From Ramazzottius varieornatus (taxonomy: Eukaryota; Animalia; Tardigrada): DNA of 64,000 nucleotides. The position numbers and the translations under genes were made by a program. The stretch spans positions 1,395,378 to 1,459,377 of the forward strand of contig BDGG01000014.1 of NCBI GenBank assembly GCA_001949185.1. The letters run 5' to 3'. Below are positions 27,276-39,841 of this stretch, one piece after another. Position 1 is the first letter of the stretch. Each line of letters starts with the position of its first letter. The notes below the pieces were generated by a model. The model was not told the DNA's origin. It saw only the letters and a list, made by a program, of their open reading frames with translations, and did no database searches.

Positions 27276-30200
27276 AATTACGCTACACTTGTCATCCTCG
27301 ATCCCAAAGGCCTCTTGTTACAGTATTCCACTTTCATTCTATATCCCAAAAAATCCAAGAATGAGAGCAATATTGGTAAAGCGATGGTCGCCATCAGAAG
27401 TGATTGGGAAACACGATGTGAGAAATGACAGGGAAGTGGAGTGGATCTGCAAACTAAAGTCAGTGCATAGTAGATCGACGAAGGAGCTGTCAGGCAGCGA
27501 CACGATGGAATGGCAGCTATATAGCCTGCCTGCTTATTTGGCAGCGACGTATATCGTCAGACGACTATAGGACGGACAGACGCCGAAGGAATGAGCAAGA
27601 TGAGGAGGAGCAACAAGGTCGGCATAGTCCATAACAGCAGCGCTGCACGGCCTATTCCCTCAATCGAAAACCAAGTACCCATTGCAACTGCAAACGCTCT
27701 TGGCTTTTCTGGCCTCTCCGACGTTAGACGGACCACAGTGATACAGTGACCACAGTTAACAGTGATACGGACCCGCATCGGCTATATTCCCTAGCCTGCC
27801 AGTCCACAAGAAAGAAGAGCGGCAGTCGCTGTTTATCAGCCTGTGCCGTCGGACTTTACCTTTGCTCCAACTTTGCCGTCCATTGGCCAGTGACACAACC
27901 GCAAGTAATCATATGTTAATAGCGCAGCAGGAACCCTGCAAGTTGCATTTCCTTCTTCACTTTGCTTCACACCTCAATTAAGTACAGTCCGCCAGGCCAC
28001 ACTCTTGAGCTACAGTGTCCAATCATTCAATTATCTTCTGCCCAGTCTCGGCAGCAGTATACCGTTACACATCAGAACCTCCAATGCAAGCCTCGACAAT
28101 GGAACAAGTCAAAGCTGCGACGTAATAGCACTGCTGGCTACAGTACCGGTACAACGCCCATTCATTGCCGCTTGGTCCAGTTTATCCGCCTCGTTCTTCC
28201 GATAATCAGTCTGTCCATCTTTCCCACTGAATCCCCTGGCCTCTTTCCTGAAGTCAGCCTCTTTCAGGTTGCCTTTAATCAAAGACATGTGTAAAAGCTG
28301 GACAGTGATGCACTTGCTTGCGCTGAACTATGAATTATGAATGAAGCCAAGTGGACATAACAGGGCTGCATTGTTTGCTACTCTTACACTCTGTAAAATC
28401 CAGAAAAATTTCACGCTGCCCCTTCTGCAAGTAGCTGGAGTCTGGAGCCTGCAGCCTGGAGGATGTGAAGAGAGTGAATAGAGTCAGCAGGTGACATTCG
28501 ATTATTGATTTAAAGACCGATCAATGAATACATTGAATAGGCAGTACCTGCAGCTCTTACTGACGATCATAACAGCGGGACAGACAGCGTGGCGCATTGT
28601 CCAGAGCATAGGTCACTGCCTATAATTCTGATTATAGTACTGGTACATACAACGACATGCCGCTCTGTTCAACTCTCATAACCGTACGTGGGAGAAACAC
28701 AAGCATATATGGCTGCTTATAATTATGGCAAGGGCTGTAGGGCGAACTAGAAAGGTCATCGGTGTAGACGAAGGTGTATGTCTTTGTGTGAAAGCCACAA
28801 TAAAGGCCGAGGGCCAGCCTGTTGCACCATGCGGACGACAGGAAGAAAAAAACTGACGGTAATTCAATCCACTGCATGATGGATGGATCTGTGATTGATT
28901 GGCGCTAGCATGGCCAGAATGGTGATCGAGAAGAGGAGGCCAAATCAACTTTAGCTTACAAGAGAGGCAAAGTCGATACATGGCGATTATGTGAATATGA
29001 TCATGATGTTATTTTTATCCTTGTGGCGGGAGGATATCATGTGGCGCTGATCATGATCAGACACGGTCTGGTTCTTTGCAGACTGGCAAGTGGCTATCGC
29101 CGGCTCTATTTATCGTCTCATCTTCAATCGTGATTGACACTTGCTCAAAGTATCCTTCGGTGCACAGTACGAGGAAGAAGGATCAATGTGAAGTTTCTTC
29201 GGCATACATGGCTGTTGTGACAGATCCCAAGCTCCATGGACTAAGATCATCGTGCACTGCCTATAGCTGTTAATCGGAGCTGTAGCTGCTATATATAATA
29301 TGATAGGCCGCCACCAACTGCAATTGATATTAATCACTCTCCATCGCTCCACATTAATTTCCCACTGCTAGACATCAAGCATCTTAACGAGCACTTTCCC
29401 AGCCTCCCAAACACCCATTCCGCATAACTCTGATAAGGAAACACGCTCATAACCATCAACTCATACTCCCCCCATGTCCACCGAAAAACTGTGGTTGCTC
29501 GCCATCAAGAGCTATTGAGAACATCGGCTCTGACTCGTTTAACGATACTCCATTATACCATATGAATTTTGAACTTTGCACTTCACTTCACACTGAAATC
29601 GTATAATCGATAAAAATTAATGGTGTTTAACAGGACAATTGTAGACATATTTTAAAGTGTGCACTTGTTTAAACTTGCTTCCGTGTCCACTTGTGTATTC
29701 TATTGACAAACTTGTTTGGACAGCTGTAAATGACTACACACGACTGCGAAAGTGTGTCCATCCGACAATATACCCGACAGTCTGATTCCGCAGCAAGTTT
29801 CAAACCTAAGATTAGTAACGATTTTGGGACGACCATCAGCTCGATTGGCAAAACTATCCGATTATTTCTTACTGCTGTCGTGCGCACTGAACCTTGCATC
29901 CTGTCTTGATCCAAGAACTTGAGCTGAAGATGCGGGTTCCATCGTCGGCATAATAGAGGCGCCCACAATCGTTGCATGTCTACAGTCCCTTTGGCCACAG
30001 TGACAATTTTGGGCCGGCCTAGATGACAGCCTTCAACGCCGGCGCACGTCTCTGAGTCAATCATCAAACAGCAAACGATGGTAATTAGGGGGAATAGAAA
30101 GAGGACGGCCGACCAGCGGAAGTGCTGCTTGGCGATAGTACACGGCCGGAAGGAAAGCGGAAGTATCCGCATAGCCGACAGCCTCAGCAAGTCACGTGCT

Positions 30201-30753
30201 CCTCTTCAAACAATAAACGAGGCTAATTCTCATCTCTCCACCGTAACCAACAAGAAGGACCCCATGGAATACCTCGCTCTTCGTCCAGGTGAACACATGT
30301 GCTCGCTCCTCCAGACAGGCTTTACAGCCTTACAAATATTGTCAATCCACCAATACAGTCTGACGAAAGCTATACAGGTACAGCCTGCCATTGGAGTGAG
30401 TGAAGGATAAAGAAGTCGTCCCTTGGGCATCCTGTGTGACGATAATAAAGGGTTTATGTCAGCGGAAATGATCAGCTTATTCGTCCTCTAATCCTGTTAA
30501 AGCAACGATCTTTCCCACTGCTAATACGCCCTATTTAACCTCAAAACTGAAACTTCAAACAGCTTTCCAGCTTCAACTCCCAGCCCCCCTCTTTCAACAG
30601 CTGTTGCAGGGCCAGACAGCACAGGTGCCGATAAAAGGAATAAGTTTCGTGAAGGATAATCCATATCACACGTGATCATACTGCTTAATTCGGTTGAAAA
30701 CCGTTGTGGTAGTCGTTTGATGTTTTCTTTTCGCTTGTATTGTCAAGTTGATA

Positions 30754-31615
30754 TCATTTACTGTGAGTTTTGATCCAGTCTTGTATCCAGCTGTGGAGTG
30801 TCCTTGCGTTTTCCCTTTGTTCTGCTTCAGCATTGCTGGTCAGTTCCATGACGATGGCCTCGTCGTACGACTCTCGGGCTTCGTCCAGTATCGTCTGGAA
30901 TATCTCGCACTCCATATTATTGGAGATTTTTCTCTCCGGATACCCTCTGAAATAAGATCAAAGGATGAACCAAGTACCGCTACGTATAGCGGTACGTCTA
31001 CAGACCAATCAGCGGACCCCACGGCCAACCTTGCTTTGAGGCGGTCATAAAGAGCACTGGTTTCTGTCCGCAATACCACCACCAGGTCCATTTGTTCCTC
31101 GGGAAAAAAATCACAGCCATGGTAGTCTAATATACACCCTCCATCGGCAAACTTTTCTTTCAGGTTATCCAACACCTAAAACAGAACGAACATGTTCAGC
31201 ACAAACACGACGATATCAATCCCAGTTCCATTTCCGGTCCGCAGGCGCCACCTGCGGAGCAAGCCACCCAACGGATTGATTGTCCTACGGCATAATGATT
31301 GATTGGTCAAAACTCAAAAGCAAGCAAGCAATTAAATACCGAATTTATATTCGCGCACAATTCTACCATTCGAGCACGTACTTCGCCCTAGGCCCCTAGC
31401 TTCTTTCCCAACCTTACCTTATCCTCATCCAGGACTGCGCAGTTGAGGACATTATCCCAGCCATCCACCAGCTGATTATCGACGGCGTACTTGCTGAGGT
31501 TAATATGGGACAAGCCAGACAGCTCAGAGACTTTTTCTGCCAAGGAGGTCTTTCCGGTACCAGGCGTCCCGCAGATGATAATGTTCGGTGAGCGACGGGG
31601 TCGGGATCGGGGCAT
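30754..31615 (-). CDS. AK6: Adenylate kinase 6 (AK6/CINAP/Fap7), three exons
   Basis: PNIIICGTPGTGKTS, LDEDK, DYHGCDFFPE, LYDRLKARGY, NMECEIFQTILDEARESY. Confidence 0.93.
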
Positions 31616-32513
31616 CTCCCATGACACCAATTCAGCTTCGAAGGAAAACGAGGGAGGAGAGCTGGAAGAAATCTGGTCACGCAACGAAGACATCTGGGCA
31701 AAATTCAAGAATGAGCAGATCGGTATTTCCAGCAATCAAGCCTTTGTCCGGAGTCGTCAATCAATCGTTCGCAACCGAAAGAGGAGGGCGTGGCCATCTG
31801 GACAGTGAGCACCTCCCTCAGATGGCACCACCGTCTTCGTCTTTCCTGCAACCGGTTTATAGCCTCGAGCTCTTTGAGGAATGCATTTGTGTTGCCATCT
31901 CTTTGTTGTATGGGCTTTGAGATGATGGCAAGAAGGTCGTGGCGCTTCATTCCAGTTGACTGGTGTCAGTCACCATTAGTCGCAGGTTCGGTGCGTCATC
32001 AAGTTTCCAACGAGGCATTACGCATTTAGAACGAGGTAACCGAATTTAAAAGTAGTAAAAAAGATCGATACAGTTCAGTAATGGGGCGTAAATCTCTGGA
32101 TCTGAAGAATACTTTAGTGTTCGTTGGTCGTAGCGAGTGCTTGGACTGAAGTCATCCAAGGAGGCGGCGGCATGCGGCCATTTCGTTACGGTATCTACGC
32201 CGTTGGCTCTCATGGATATCACTGTATGTTACCCGTGTACGACTGGTCCAACGCAACGCACTTTAAACTGTTGCACCTTTTATGACTGGCACTTCAGCTC
32301 ACCTGATAACGTTCAGGAGATCACAAGAGACAGGTAAAGCGGTAAGTGAACTTAATTGCCTACTATGGCGTATTGTAATCCAGCGAGCAAAGACGCCATA
32401 TTCAAATTAAGCTTTATGCTTATCTCTTTGCACTTTGCACTGTTATCGCTTTGGCTAATAATTTTTATTATTCTTCAGAGTTTGGTCCATTTGCTTACAT
32501 TGATCGAGTGCCA

Positions 32514-34016
32514 ATGGAAAAAGCAAACATGCTGTGGCAGTCAGCCGACCTTCTTCTGGCAAAACTTTCGGTCAAGATGGCGACCAATCTGGTGACTTTA
32601 CGTCTTCCCGCCGTCTTCCTGGCCTCCATCGTCCTCGTTTGGAGCACATCATGTCTGCCCTGGGTAGCCTGCTTGGTTACCTTTGCCGGCAAGATGACGT
32701 TGGCTATTCTTGTGGCAGCAGTGGTCGCTGTGGTTTTCAAGAAGCCCCTCGCAAGGCTCTTGACACCACTTGATCAGCGGCAGCCGATTAGTCCGCGCGG
32801 CAAAGCAGTTTTCATCACCGGTTGCGATACGGGCTTTGGGTAGGCGCCACCTTACGTATTTGAACATTCAAACGGCGAAATTTATATTTATGAGATTTTC
32901 AATGCTTCTTCTTTAGGCACGATCTAGCTGTGAGGCTTCGCCAATATGGCTTCCACGTTTTCGCCGGTTGTCTCTTGTCGGAGAGCGAAGGAAGTAAAGA
33001 GTTGGTGAAGGAGAACATTCAAGTGCTGCAGTGCGATGTGACCAAGTGGGAGGAAGTGGCGACCTGTGCCGATCAGGTTGCTCAAGTGATGAAGGACAAG
33101 AATCTATCGTTGTGGGCTGTGGTCAACAATGCCGGCGTGGCCGTTCTTTCAGGTTGGTCGATTCGTTAGCAGTGTAAAACACAGTGAGTGGTTCCGGCTC
33201 ATTCTTCCAGAGTTTGAATGGATACCCATGAAGCAGTACGAGGTAATGACAGATTTTCTTCTGCTGATGCATACCCCAAGTCCCCCTGGAACGCCCTGCC
33301 TTTGATGCTGTAGCAAATGCTGGACGTAAACTCATTGGGATCCGTCAGGGTGATCAAGGCCTTCTTACCACTACTGCGCAAAACACCTGGTCGAATAATT
33401 ATCATGGCCAGCATGTCCGGTAAGCCGTCCTCCTTGTCCACACTATTTCGTCAATTTTTTAGAGGCTGATATCCGGCGTCTTTTAGGTCGCTATGCCATT
33501 CCCGCTTTCACTGGATACAGTATGAGCAAGCACGCTCAAATCGCTCTAGCCGATGGTTTGCGTCGTGAGTTGAAGAAGTTCGGCATTGCCGTGTCGGTGG
33601 TCGAACCCGGTGAGCTATAAAATGCACCGGCTGGCGGATGTTTGTACCGTAACTACAGCACGATTAAAATATGATATCAATACCACATAGGCGCATACAA
33701 GACCAGCCTGGCCGGCAGCTCGATTGCGCAACTGGACCAGCAGTTCTCATCCCTAAGCGAAGCTGTTCATCAGTCCTACGGTGCGGCCTACCACAGCGCC
33801 TTCAAGGACCACCTATCTCGCCTGTCTGATGCTTCCGACCCCAACATCCACGAACCGGTTGACAAGATGATGGAAGCCATTACGGCACAAGTCCCCGAGT
33901 TGCGATATGTGGCAGGCTCCCCCGCCGCTCTCTTCCGAGCGGCTGTTATGCCGCTTCTTCCGCTATTTATACAAGACAAACTCTTGGCTAAACTGTCCAT
34001 TCCTATTCCTCCATAG
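32514..34016 (+). CDS. Membrane-anchored short-chain dehydrogenase/reductase (RDH/HSD17B2/BDH1-like)
   Basis: Hydrophobic N-terminus, ITGCDTGFG, VVNNAG, catalytic YSMSK, LRREL..VEPG. Confidence 0.9.
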
Positions 34017-34249
34017 TGGGCTTAATAGCCACCTGAATCATAATAGTCTTTCCTCACTGGCCAGCTCATTCGCTGTCTGAGCATGCGTAGCGCTTCCAGC
34101 CCGTTCAGACTAGGGATGTTACTGTCAGAACTGCATATGATTCGATATGACACTTTGGTCGTTAAAATGAACAACTAAACAAAGATCGAAGAACAGTAAG
34201 AATATTTATGAGTGCGGCAAATGCCATGCAATCCGAAAGACCAGGAAGT

Positions 34250-36368
34250 TCAACTGAACAACTTCATTTCATTGTCCAACTCACCAAAATCAAAGCTCTG
34301 CTCATTATCGTCAATGTCGTTATCGACTTCCATACCAAAGTCTTCTTCTTCATTTTCTGAAGGAAAGACAATCTCCGACTCGATGAACTCTTCCACCGGT
34401 TCCTCGGTCTCGTCGACATTTATTAGCGGAATATTACCACTGTAAGCATGGTCATGGAGGATCGTTTCCCTGTCTGCTATCACAGCGTTATCATAATCAA
34501 AAGACTGGACAGAGTATCTTGACTTCTTGACCTTAGGCGACTCTACACATTTCGGCACTTTAGCTAGAGCAGTTTTCAGCTTGCTGATCTCTACTTGAAC
34601 CTTGTGGCGCAGCTGACTGTTGCCGTTGGTGGCCAGGATAAAATCTTGGTAGGTCTCGAAGAGTTGCTGAGCATTACGGTTGAGGCTGTTGCTGGCTTCG
34701 TCTTTGTCACCACGATCGCCCGGGAAGAGGCGTTGCTTCATTTCCGGTACTTTACTGAATCGCGAACCTTTGTCGGCTTTCTTCTTGTAGGTCTTGATGG
34801 TGACGGGATTCTCTTCAGTAACCACTTTTATGGCCGCCAGGAAGACCGTGGCAGGAAACTTGACCTATTGAAGATAATGAGAGTGAAAACGATCAATCTT
34901 GTTGGATACAAAGACTGAATGCGAGTATTACATACGGCGGCCAGTTCCTGCTCCAGAACCAGATGATGAAAGTAAGCAATGACGGCTTTGAGAATGTCCT
35001 GTGAGCAGCGGTGTCCAGCTAAACGTCCAAACGTCATCGCAGCTACACAAGAAGAGCACATGCACACATACAAACATGGCTATCCCACTGGACAGGAATA
35101 AGCACTTGACGTACTGTCTTCTTGAGCAATGGATGGGAAGAAGGCTTTAATCAGGAAGACAGCTCGCAGTAAGGTGGCCATCAAGTCATCCATCGGCCGC
35201 TGGTTAATGGATTCCAAGGACAAGGACGTCGAAGCCCAGGCCTTTTCAGTGGCCGAAGAGGACTCCACTTCCCTGCAAATGTTCATGGAATGTGTCAGAA
35301 TCGCCGCGGCATGGTCAACAGTCCAAACTTACGTCATCCACATCACCGGTCGCGCTGTCAAGTCGACGGCCAACGGGCTGCGCAGCAGGAAGCTCGTCGG
35401 TCTCGTTGTATCCCACTCCATCCACTCCCTCTGTCCTTTCGTGCCCTTCTCGACATGACAGACCTTCTCAATGACCATGGCAATCCTCCATAGCACCAAA
35501 AGACGAGCCGGACCGTTGGCAAAGTGGCCGGTGGACAGGAGCTGTACTTCCCGCTTCTTCTTCTTGGACTGCCCAATGACGCTAATCATGGCCATCAGAG
35601 CTTTCAGCAACCGCACCGACTCCTCAGTACAGCTTTTTAAGGGAAGAAAGTCTGTCAGCAGGTCGACAGCGCTCAGCGAAGAGACGGCAATGGCGGCTTC
35701 GACGTGCGTCAAGCCGCAGACGACGTAATTGACAATGACGGAAGAGAATGGCTCCAGAGCTGTCGAACATCTCCCCGTGGCGATCTGGAAGAGACATGTC
35801 AAGGCTGCCCAACAGCGCGTTCGTAGACGGTGATCTTCGTCCATTAGACGGGGCAGAATGGCGTTGAGGAGATTGCCCAAGTTGTCGCAGGCTAAGGTCG
35901 CGTGATTATTCAAGTAGTCGGTTAGCTCGTTGAAGGCGAAGGTGCGCTGCGAAGCCGTACTGTGCCCCAACAACGAACAAATTTCCTGTCAACCAACAAC
36001 AAAAATGAATCGCGCATCTGGCAGGCCGCACGGCCCAAAGACCTAAGCGAGCGATCGGATCGTTCTGCGCAGAACGACCTAACAAATAAGTCTCAATGAT
36101 GATCGAGGACCATCAATCGCCTTATGTTCACAGCAACTGAGGCTACATGTTTAAAGTCAAAAAAGATAAATCTCACCTTTACACCTAGACCTCTCGAAGA
36201 AGTATGAGCAGCGGATGAGACCTGGAACTGAGTCCGGAGTGCGATACCTTTGGTCTTGAAGGACGTGTCAGTAGCATTCAAACCTTTGGGCTTCTGCTTG
36301 CCCACCTTGAACTTCACCTTCTGGAAATCCTTCCGTTCGTTCTGCTTACGTCGCGTACGCTTCGCCAT
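34250..36368 (-). CDS. TEX10: TEX10/Ipi1 (Rix1 complex) homologue, multi-exon
   Basis: The N-terminus DFQKVKFKVGKQKPKGLNATDTSFKTKGIAL is the Ipi1/TEX10 signature. HEAT-like exons splice in phase into the acidic 34250-34825 ORF. Confidence 0.87.
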
Positions 36369-36519
36369 CTTCCCAGATACCAAAATACTAATCAAGCCAG
36401 CAAGATGAGCACATTCTGAACTCTAAGCCGAGTTAGCAGACAGGAAACAAAAAGAGAAAATTGATCAGATCAGAATTGTATAAATTTCCTAATATTCCAT
36501 TCTTGCACAATAACCACTA

Positions 36520-36638
36520 CACGTGCCTGGCCTGAATATGGGGATGGATAAAAAANNNNNNNNNNNNNNNNNNNNNNNNNNNNNNNNNNNNNNNNNNNNN
36601 NNNNNTTTGTCCATCCCCACATTTAGGCCAGACGCGTG
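36520..36638. repeat. Inverted repeat flanking an assembly gap
   Basis: cacgtgcctggcctgaatatggggatggataaa [N50] tttgtccatccccacatttaggccagacgcgtg: the two sides are imperfect reverse complements. Confidence 0.7.
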
Positions 36639-37427
36639 TACATACAGTAGTTTGCGATGCAGCTTTCCAATCAAGCGTGTTGACCAATCAACCGCGAGAC
36701 CCACCAGTGTGAAATTGCGATAAATTTCGTGAAGAACAAACGCTTGACAAACTGATACCGTTCTACGATCTCCCATTTTCGGACGAGTTTTTAGGGGGAC
36801 ACGAGGCTTTTTACTTAAGAGCGGAATAGCCGAAAGGACAATGGAAACTACTCGGAAGGAGGAAAGCAAACTGTACTGCGGAACGACGGACAGTGGATCA
36901 TGCATGGCGACAGCGTTTTTGGTTCCGTCTTCGCTCAAAATCGGTAAGTACGGTACGAAGATCCATTAATCTCTTTCTGTGTATTCAACGGTAGCTGGCT
37001 GGTTTACAGAAGAAGCAGAAGATTGTGTCTTGAGCGATCGTCGGTCGACGGCATCAGGGAAGCAGAAGAACGTGTCGGCGATGCAGCTGGCTGCTTCATA
37101 CTTCCCATGCACTTCCTCCATGGCCACGGTTCCTACCCGACGGACAGAACAAGGACGTGGACAGAATGTCGAGCGAGGTAGCCGTTCGGGACAAGAAAGC
37201 CCCACTGCCCAACTCACCCAAGGATTGGCAGAGAAGCTTGTCTCGAACGCCGATCGCTGCTTTCAGAGGAGAGCGCATGACGGTGATGGTATTTGGAAAG
37301 ATGGGTCGAATGCTTTACTGGGCCGTTCTGCCGCTGTGCCTGAACGTCCTTTTCTCGACCCTGCCGTGGTGCGTGGTCAAAGTATTGATTGCTGTCTGCT
37401 TGATGATTCATACTTATTCTGCTTCAG

Positions 37428-38310
37428 ATGAACTCTCCATTTGGTTATCTGCCCGAAGCCGTCCGTCAGCAGTGGATGCAGATGTTTGCTGCCATCAATA
37501 ATCAGCCAACTACAGCTCCGCACCAGACACACGCCTCTTCCTCCACCGACGAGTTCGAGCACAGTTTCAAGTTCCAGAACCACCTGGCCAAAGCCGCTGA
37601 TGAGCGGAGTAAACGGCACGTCAAGAACCTCCACAAATGCGTCCGCAACCTGGTGCAGATGATGGGAGCGCTAGAAGCCACTTATACCACCATTCGAGGC
37701 TGCTTTTATGGCTCGTTGTGTGCGCTCGAGTATGGCTCGCACTGTTGGAATCTGCTTCGAGGCTTCTCCGTGGTCCGTCTGCTCTTTAGTGTCCTGAGGA
37801 CCTTTTGGCGATATGTCAAAGTCTTTGGTCAACGGGCGCCGTTGGTCGGTCTACTAGCTCTGCTCTGTACTTATGTGGGAAGAACCTGCCTGCCACTCAT
37901 CCAGAAGCTGCTGCTGCAAGGTTCTCGTAAGTCAATTTGAGCAAATGATCATTTCAGATGTTGTGACGGGAACAACCATCTGTTCTGCTGTGCAGGAGAG
38001 CCTCCTTGTCTGCCAGCGGATGTGCGAAGAGTGCAAGTCAACTATACGGCAACAAAGCCCGACGAGTTGTCCGTGTCTGCTGGCGAGGACCTTGTCATCG
38101 GACGTAAGTAAGACAGGAAGGTGTGCCAAGTTATGGAGACGGCCAGCATATTATCATAATTGCTAGTTGTTCACAGGTCGGGAAAACGTTTCGAGCTTGA
38201 AAGGTTCTGGCCGGTATTATGTCAAACGCTTGAGAAAGACTCTGCACGGCAAACAAGTGGGTTTTCTGCCGCCTGAGGTACTGGAAGGGAATGTAAAAAC
38301 TTTGAACTGA
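37428..38310 (+). CDS. PEX13: Divergent peroxin PEX13-like membrane protein with degenerate SH3
   Basis: Exons 37428-37926, 37996-38103 and 38177-38310. LAKAADERSK..MMGALEATYTTIRGCF resembles the Pex13 N-terminal helix. Hydrophobic segments follow, then VNYTATKPDELSVSAGEDLVI...VGFLP (SH3-like). An upstream exon is possible. Confidence 0.62.
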
Positions 38311-38502
38311 TCTCGCAAAGGTTTTTACACATTTTTGGTGCATTCAAAGATCTGGTTTTGTTTAAACATAATTTGCAAGTAGTGTTTCACAAAATGAAGA
38401 CACTGCGTTTTCAAAATGGGCAAGATGAGGGTACCGGTGTGCAGAAAACAAGATATTTCATGAGCAATGAGTAAATGAACGAGTTCGAAGTCTTTGTTAT
38501 GA

Positions 38503-39240
38503 TTAAAATATTGATAAATTAACTGCGATGAAAGAGTATTGAGGGAGATCAGCAAAATGAGCAACTACGGAGATCTTGAAAACCTCTCCTTGGACCTCTT
38601 GAATTCGTACGCGTATGTTGCCTCTCGTACCATTCTTCGAAGATGGCGTTTTAACGTTGGCCATATATCTGATGTTCTTACCCAAGGTAGGTGATGAACG
38701 TCCACTAGAGATCTTGCCAAAAGGCTTTCCTTCTTGTTCGGTTACTCGATAACCTTCTGCAAAAGCCGGCTCAGCTAGTTACGACCATCAATCTGCTTCT
38801 AAGACGTCCTGAAAACTTACGTCGAGCAGGAGCACTGGAAGACACGATTTCCACTCGTTTCATCGAAACACCATTCTTCAGCTGTCCTAGAAGCACTTGA
38901 CTTCCCGGAAATGCACCTTGGTTTCTCTTTCGTCTACCCACAGGACGAAGACCGCCTGTCGCCAGCTCGGTAAAAAGGAATGCTCTGCTGGGCGAGGTAC
39001 CCACCAGGTCCCACCTATCGTCCACGACAAAGCCGCTTCCACAGGTGTCACAACCGCGTATAAAGAAGGTATTCAGTAGGAATTTTACCTTGGACCGCCA
39101 TTAGGGCCCGCTCTCCAGACTGCCGAAAGGCAATCTGTACGGCTTTCACGCTTCCGTAAAAGTCAGCGACCTTCCGCAACATGTGCTCCATGTCTTTCTT
39201 GGCACGACCAGCATTCAACACAATGTAAAGATATCCACGA
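38503..39240 (-). pseudogene. AMT: Partial, degenerate aminomethyltransferase (glycine cleavage T protein)
   Basis: Blocks YLYIVLNAGRAKKDMEH..RALMAVQG, TPVEAALSWTIG, GRRKRNQGAFPGSQVLLGQLKNG..KRV..APAR and EGKPFGKISSGRSSPTLGKNI match GCV-T. The N-terminus and central part are absent, and one acceptor reads TGG instead of YAG. Confidence 0.8.
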
Positions 39241-39841
39241 CCACGAAAGAGACAGCGTCAGAACCAACTGAGCTCGGGTCGACTGGACGAGTTATATTTT
39301 GTAGTGCCTTGTGTTCATGAAAATCATATCGTCGATAATTCCGCCCTTTTGACTAGTTAGGAGACTGAGCTGTCCAGTGTCCACCGGACAACTCCGGACA
39401 TCGGACCGTTGGAGCGGAACTGACTGGAACGAATCAGCTGCTGATGAGTAGCTGTTCAGGTGTTTTGGTACTAGTCAGACCATCAATCAGCAATCAATCG
39501 TTTGGGACTGCGCTGCAAGTTTGCAGCTTTGGCCAAACTGAGTGGTCCCCTGGGCCCTGGCTGTTTGCAGATCCCCTCAAAAATTTTGAGCATTTAAGTT
39601 CTTTTGACAGTCTTTCCCGTCTTCTTTGTTTAGATTTCTTGTCCTCCGACTTTCCAGGGCTGATCCTGTCAATCCCGCAGACTTCCGGACGACCTCAGGC
39701 CTGCGATACACTGTTAGTCGGTTTGCGGAAGCCGGATTGTCACTGGCGAAGTGCTTCAGTGGGATAGATGTTTGGAGGCAAGTCGTCTGAAGCATATTTT
39801 GTCTGAAGTTGGCTTATATACCGTCGTCTTGCTCCTTCCAG

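Noticed and set aside
29669-30190. 173-aa minus-strand ORF
   Set aside because: Non-ATG start, no motifs and no supporting splice pattern; likely spurious.
31176-31418. TAF9 ORF nested in the AK6 locus as in vertebrates
   Set aside because: The intron is only ~240 nt and no histone-fold TAF9 sequence is visible.
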